From Nostoc sp. DedQUE12b (lineage in GTDB: Bacteria; Cyanobacteriota; Cyanobacteriia; Cyanobacteriales; Nostocaceae), in the NCBI RefSeq assembly GCF_034530835.1, contig NZ_JAVRCI010000020.1, positions 11,572 through 75,571 of the forward strand: DNA of 64,000 bases, read 5' to 3'. The notes beneath the pieces were generated by a model that was not told the DNA's origin, ran no database searches, and worked only from the letters and a program-made list of their open reading frames with translations. A program made the translations under genes and the position numbers. Positions 59,224 through 64,000 of this stretch are shown here, in pieces (within the stretch, counting starts at the first letter, position 1; each line of letters starts with the position of its first letter).

Positions 59224-60136
59224 ATGGCACTGATTACAACACCATTCGGACGACATTCCACCGCCGCCGAGGTCGTAGAAGGAATTGATCTTTCCGGCAA
59301 GCGGGCGATCATTACGGGAGCTGCATCGGGCATCGGCGTAGAAACGGCGCGGGCACTGGCTCAAACTGGAGCGATCGTCACACTCAGCTGTGCGTAATAC
59401 CGATGCTGGAGCGCAAGCCGCGGCTGACATTATGGCTACTACTGGGAACCGGAATATTCATGTTGCTCCGCTTGATTTAAGCGATCGCAACTCAATTGCC
59501 AAGTTCATTGCTGCCTGGCGTGAGCCACTGCACATCCTCGTTAATAATGCAGGGGTAATGGCACTGCCCGAACAGCGCACACCCGAAGGCTGGGAGATGC
59601 AATTTGCCACTAACTATCTCGGACAGTTTGCCCTAGCGCTCGGACTACACGACGCTCTCGCTGCCGAGGGTGCCGCCCGTATCGTGTCGGTTAGTTCTAG
59701 CGGGCACCTGATGTCGCCCATTGTGTTCGATGATATTCACTTCATGTTCCGTCCTTATGATCCGTGGTTGGCCTATGGACAGTCCAAGACCGCAAGTATC
59801 CTCTTTGCTGTGGGTACTACTGCGCGCTGGTTCAAGGATGGCATTACCGCTAATGCCCTGATGCCCGGGGCGATCGCAACCAACCTCCAGCGTCATACGG
59901 GCGGTCTTAGAACCCCACCTGAGCGGCAGAAGACAATAGCGCAGGGTGCGGCAACTTCCGTTCTGTTGGCAACCTCTGGGCTACTAAAGGGCGTTGGCGG
60001 ACGCTATTTTGAGGACTGCAATGAAGCCACTCTCGTCACCAACGGGAACGGCTATATGAGCGGAGTTGCCCCCTACGCCCTGAACCCAGACAATGCCGAT
60101 CGGCTCTGGAATGAATCGTTGCGCCTGCTCGCTTGA
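59224..60136 (+). pseudogene. SDR oxidoreductase (retinol dehydrogenase/WWOX-like), frameshifted
   Basis: ATG 59224, IITGAASGIG; a 1-nt insertion near 59386 shifts to AVRNTDAG...LVNNAGVM...YGQSK. Confidence 0.85.
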
Positions 60137-60205
60137 CCTGGCAGTAACAGTGAGCTTCAGGCTGTTAATGAACAAATTGCCGATCGTAAGCCTGCCAGCC
60201 TTTCG

Positions 60206-60290
60206 TCCATCATGCCCACGATCACCACGGGAAATACGAACGTACCCACTATCATGATTGCTGAGAAGGCAGCAGATTTAATTAAAGCGG
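60206..60290 (+). pseudogene. 3' tail of a second GMC oxidoreductase
   Basis: SIMPTITTGNTNVPTIMIAEKAADLIKA, near-identical at DNA level to 58969-59053. Confidence 0.8.
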
Positions 60291-60432
60291 AGCGTAGCAA
60301 AGTCTTCCCAACAAGCTTAATGTTAAAAATTTGTCACACTTGTCTATCTAAAAACGGCATGAACGCCTGCCTTATCTGAACCGCAAACTTGAGCATTCGT
60401 AACACAATTTATTCATTAGAAGCATCTATTCC

Positions 60433-60864
60433 ATGATAAAATCATTCTGGCTTCTTGGTTCTCGCCTCACTATCCTCGCCGATCACACCACGACTGACGG
60501 TAAATACGACCTGATTGAGGGCTATTTCACTCCTGGTACACAGACTCCACCCCATCGCCATACACGCTATTCCGAACAACTTTATGTGCTGGAAGGAGAG
60601 TTTACTGTCTGGGCAGGTGAGAACAAGGTTGTGCTAGGCGTTGGTGAAAGCTTCTTCATCCCGCCTAACACCATCCATGTAGTCGCCGCACTTAGCGATA
60701 AACCAGCTCGCGGGTTGGTTGTTGCTGCGCCTAGTGCCTTTGCTCAACTAATAGAAGCAACAGGGACGCTAAACGAGAATGAAAAAACTGACTTGGAATT
60801 ATTCATGCGCGTCTCTAGCGAAATTGGCGATGAAACTCTGGGTGCGCCCGGAGATATCCCTTAG
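60433..60864 (+). CDS. Cupin domain protein
   Basis: TPPHRHTRYSEQLYVLEGE and FIPPNTIH cupin motifs. Confidence 0.85.
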   Translation: MIKSFWLLGSRLTILADHTTTDGKYDLIEGYFTPGTQTPPHRHTRYSEQLYVLEGEFTVWAGENKVVLGVGESFFIPPNTIHVVAALSDKPARGLVVAAPSAFAQLIEATGTLNENEKTDLELFMRVSSEIGDETLGAPGDIP

Positions 60865-60949
60865 AGATTAAGCTGACTATTCTTCCTCCTGACTCCACTC
60901 TCCATTCGTAACTGACCACTTTAAACCCAACAATCAAAGGATTAGCATA

Positions 60950-61699
60950 ATGGAAAAACTAGAAGGAAAAATCGCCCTTGTCACGGGTGGCAATAGTGGT
61001 ATCGGTCTTGCCACAGCCAAACAGTTTGTTGCTGAAGGTGCCTATGTCTATATCACGGGTCGTCGCCAAGTCGAACTGGATGCTGCTGTAGAAGCCATTG
61101 GTAAAAATGTTACAGCTGTACAGAGCGATGTTTCTAATCTGGCAGACCTCGATCGTCTGTTTGCCACCATCAAGCAAGAGCAAGGACACCTCGATATCAT
61201 CTTCGCTAATGCTGGCGGTGGACAAATTGCCCCACTTGGAGCAATCACTGAGGAACACTTTGACAAAACATTCAACGTAAACGTCAAAGGTTTGCTGTTC
61301 ACCGTACAAAAGGCGCTGCCACTGTTACCAGAGGGCGCTTCTATTATCCTGAATGCTTCGATTACTTCTATAAAAGGTACGCCAGCTTTCAGTGTTTACA
61401 GCGCTACCAAAGCCGCCGTGAGATCGTTTGCTCGGAATTGGATACTCGACCTCAGAGAACGCAAGATCCGAGTGAATGCCATTAGCCCTGGTGTGGTTCC
61501 GACTCCTGGTTACGATCATTTGGGACTGAATGACCAGCAGTTGCAAGAATTCGTGGACAGCCAAGCTGTCACTATCCCATTAGGGCGAGTCGGCACAGCC
61601 GATGAGATTGCCAAAGCGGTTGTTTTTCTGGCTTCAGATGACAGCAGCTTTGTTAACGGCATTGAGTTGTTTGTTGATGGCGGTATGGCACAGATTTGA
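60950..61699 (+). CDS. SDR family oxidoreductase
   Basis: [34 protein letters not shown]. Confidence 0.92.
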   Translation: MEKLEGKIALVTGGNSGIGLATAKQFVAEGAYVYITGRRQVELDAAVEAIGKNVTAVQSDVSNLADLDRLFATIKQEQGHLDIIFANAGGGQIAPLGAITEEHFDKTFNVNVKGLLFTVQKALPLLPEGASIILNASITSIKGTPAFSVYSATKAAVRSFARNWILDLRERKIRVNAISPGVVPTPGYDHLGLNDQQLQEFVDSQAVTIPLGRVGTADEIAKAVVFLASDDSSFVNGIELFVDGGMAQI

Positions 61700-61718
61700 A
61701 GTCCAAAAGGAGTTGAAG

Positions 61719-62369
61719 ATGAAGCTGATCTCTGTTAATGTCGGCCTGCCGCGTGAAGTGACCTGGAAAGGAAAACTCGTCCGCACTGGAATTTTCAAAG
61801 AGCCAGTTAATTCGAGAGTGATGGTGCGTGAACTCAATTTAGATGGCGATCGACAGGCTGATCTAACCGTTCATGGTGGTTTAGACAAAGCAGTTTATGT
61901 CTATCCCTTTGAGCATTACGACTACTGGCGAGATGAATTGCCTGACACAGAGTTAACGCCAGGAATCTTTGGTGAAAATTTCACAGTTACAGGATTTAAA
62001 GAAGAGGAAATTAACATTGGCGATCGCTTCAAAATCGGCAATGTAGAACTAATAGTTACTCAACCGCGCTTACCTTGCTACAAACTAAGCATTCGCTTTG
62101 GGCGCTCGGATATGGTGAAACGATTTCTCGCCAGTGGTCGCACCGGATTTTACTTTCGGGTTTTGCAAGAGGGCGAAGTTGGAGTCGGAGACACTTTAGA
62201 GTTGATGAGTCGAGATACTAACAATATTACTGTTACTGATATCACTAAGCTTTATGTTCGTGAGCGAAACAATCCAGAGTTACTGCATCGTGCAGCTCAA
62301 CTCCAAGCGTTACCTGAAAGCTGGCGGGACTACTTTCAGGAACAGATCCGTCGTCAGGATGTGAGATAG
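61719..62369 (+). CDS. MOSC domain protein with 3-alpha domain (YiiM-like)
   Basis: GDRQADLTVHGGLDKAVY, FGENF, QPRLPCYKL, GRTGFYFRVL; start ATG 61719 after AAGGAG. Confidence 0.88.
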   Translation: MKLISVNVGLPREVTWKGKLVRTGIFKEPVNSRVMVRELNLDGDRQADLTVHGGLDKAVYVYPFEHYDYWRDELPDTELTPGIFGENFTVTGFKEEEINIGDRFKIGNVELIVTQPRLPCYKLSIRFGRSDMVKRFLASGRTGFYFRVLQEGEVGVGDTLELMSRDTNNITVTDITKLYVRERNNPELLHRAAQLQALPESWRDYFQEQIRRQDVR

Positions 62370-62426
62370 CTCGACCTGTCGTAAAACGACATCATATCAC
62401 TTTTATCACTTACAAGGAGTAATCCC

Positions 62427-63296
62427 ATGACTACATATCGTACAGTATCGATCGATGGTTTAGATATCTTCTACCGTGAAGCTGGTTCTCGTAATAATCC
62501 GACGATTCTGCTATTGCATGGCTTTCCAACCTCGTCCCACATGTTCCGCAATCTTATACCTGCCCTCGCTGATAAATTCCATCTCGTTGCTCCTGACTAC
62601 CCTGGCTACGGCAACAGTTCGATGCCAACTGTAAATGAATTTGACTACACGTTTGATCGCTTGGCTGAGATTGTGGAAAAATTCATTGCTGCGATCGCTC
62701 TCAAAAAGTACAGCCTTTATGTGATGGATTATGGTGCGCCGATAGGCTATCGGATTGCCGCTAAATATCCAGAGCGCGTGCAATCTCTGATTGTTCAAAA
62801 TGGCAATGCTTACGAGGAAGGTCTGCGCGAATTCTGGGAGCCGATTAAGGCATACTGGCAAGAGCAATCGCCTGAGAATGCTGAAAAGCTCAAATATCTT
62901 GTCACCCTGGAAGCGACGAAGTGGCAATATACTAATGGTGTTCGCAATCTAGAAGCGATCAGCCCCGATACCTGGACTATCGATCAACATTTCCTCGATC
63001 GCCCTGGCAACGGTGAGATTCAACTGGCACTGCTGTATAGCTATGGTACGAATCCACCGCTCTATCCCCAATGGCAAGAGTATTTTCGCCAGTATCAACC
63101 CCCTACCCTGATTGTTTGGGGCAAGAACGACTACATCTTTCCTGCTGACGGTGCTTATCCCTACCAGCGTGACTTGAAAGATGTTGAGTTCCATCTACTC
63201 GATACCGGACATTTTGCCCTGGAAGAGGATGGGGATGCGATCGCAAACTATATCGATCAATTTCTCACATCACGACTGCAATCCGTTCTCACTTGA
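62427..63296 (+). CDS. Alpha/beta hydrolase (haloalkane dehalogenase/epoxide hydrolase-like)
   Basis: [46 protein letters not shown]. Confidence 0.9.
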   Translation: MTTYRTVSIDGLDIFYREAGSRNNPTILLLHGFPTSSHMFRNLIPALADKFHLVAPDYPGYGNSSMPTVNEFDYTFDRLAEIVEKFIAAIALKKYSLYVMDYGAPIGYRIAAKYPERVQSLIVQNGNAYEEGLREFWEPIKAYWQEQSPENAEKLKYLVTLEATKWQYTNGVRNLEAISPDTWTIDQHFLDRPGNGEIQLALLYSYGTNPPLYPQWQEYFRQYQPPTLIVWGKNDYIFPADGAYPYQRDLKDVEFHLLDTGHFALEEDGDAIANYIDQFLTSRLQSVLT

Positions 63297-63389
63297 TCGG
63301 TGGAAATGATGGATTATACCAATTCTCTAAAAAAATAAAAATACCTACCTTTGTAAGGGCTTTTAGTGAAAAATTAAGGAGGATTGGTC

Positions 63390-63956
63390 ATGGCAGCAAT
63401 CGATACAGCACCGTTAGAAAACAGCCTGGGATTTCTAGCTTTAGGAGCTTATATTCTCACCTTAATGCCCACGAATCTCAGAATCATTTTTCCTCAAACT
63501 AAACAAGCGAACCTTCCCAAATGGCTGTTAAAATATCGACGACTTATCGGTATTCTGGCTTTCTGCTTGGCTTTGCTTCACGCTTTCCTCTTAGTGAAAA
63601 AGAGAGACCTTGATTTTTTAGATCCCAATACTTATTGGATTTATATCCAAGGTATATCTACCTTCATAATTTTTACCCTATTGGCAATTACTTCTAATGA
63701 GTGGAGTGTCAAAAGACTGAAAAAAAATTGGAACCGATTACATACCCTGACTTACTTAGCTATGTTCCTGCTCACTTGGCACGTTTGGGACAAAATGTTA
63801 GAGCATTGGAGCTATTTAACCCCGATTGGGCTAGTAGGGATTGTCACGACAACCCTTTTATTTCTAATGCGACGCTGGATTGAACATCGGAATAAACAAC
63901 AAAAAGCGAAAGGAAAAGCGTTCTCATCTCAAATTCCAGAAAAAATTACTCTATAG
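63390..63956 (+). CDS. Ferric reductase-like transmembrane protein (MsrQ-like)
   Basis: RRLIGILAFCLALLH, LAITSN, WNRLHTLTYLAMFLLTWH heme-ligand His pattern. Confidence 0.8.
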   Translation: MAAIDTAPLENSLGFLALGAYILTLMPTNLRIIFPQTKQANLPKWLLKYRRLIGILAFCLALLHAFLLVKKRDLDFLDPNTYWIYIQGISTFIIFTLLAITSNEWSVKRLKKNWNRLHTLTYLAMFLLTWHVWDKMLEHWSYLTPIGLVGIVTTTLLFLMRRWIEHRNKQQKAKGKAFSSQIPEKITL

Positions 63957-64000
63957 TACCGCTAGTCTCCGACACCGTTACGCAGTGGGTGCAAGCCAGA

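Noticed and set aside
3172-63883. Numerous 60-180 aa ORFs antisense to or overlapping well-supported genes (for example 3172-3426, 18350-18786, 30024-30575, 43453-43926, 62511-62927)
   Set aside because: Shadow frames of real genes, with no recognisable motifs or ribosome-binding sites.
1-64000. tRNA, rRNA, riboswitch or integrase/att site marking the element boundaries
   Set aside because: No T-loop/cloverleaf, rRNA-like or recombinase sequence was recognised, so the limits of the decayed element are approximate.

Overview
Heterocyst-forming cyanobacterial DNA, most likely Nostoc (abundant HIP1 GCGATCGC octamers, heptamer tandem repeats, Nostoc-type small dispersed repeats). Five blocks. 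(1) 1-11.3 kb: the hrm/frt sugar island known from Nostoc punctiforme: end of a gluconokinase, DUF1815, myo-inositol oxygenase behind an array of palindromic operators, frtA1-frtA2-frtB-frtC, Gfo/Idh/MocA oxidoreductase and OprB porin. Here glcP is reduced to an internally deleted remnant. (2) 12-23.4 kb: a mostly co-oriented accessory cluster that I do not recognise as a described pathway: MFS fused to a DevA-type ABC ATPase, TMEM175 channel, SET-domain protein, a hidden fatty-acid desaturase remnant, a FAAL-ACP-thioester reductase, a Coq4-family gene with divergent TetR and twin operators, and a stand-alone FabF. This is the best candidate for a new system. (3) 23.6-40 kb: mostly ordinary chromosomal genes (TIGR04376, DUF3131, clpC paralog, metallopeptidase, mlaD/mlaF, threonine aldolase, PAS kinase) with IS scars. 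(4) 40-56.3 kb: a heavily deleted plasmid or integrative-element relic (Rep, ParA/B, RecD2, FtsK, sigma, antirepressor fragments, several IS), inside which a secreted Zn-phospholipase C and an EEP phosphatase remain essentially intact. (5) 56.5-64 kb: a redox/hydrolase operon-like run with several pseudogenes. No rRNA, tRNA or CRISPR array was seen. All family calls come from motif recognition by eye; no database search was run.
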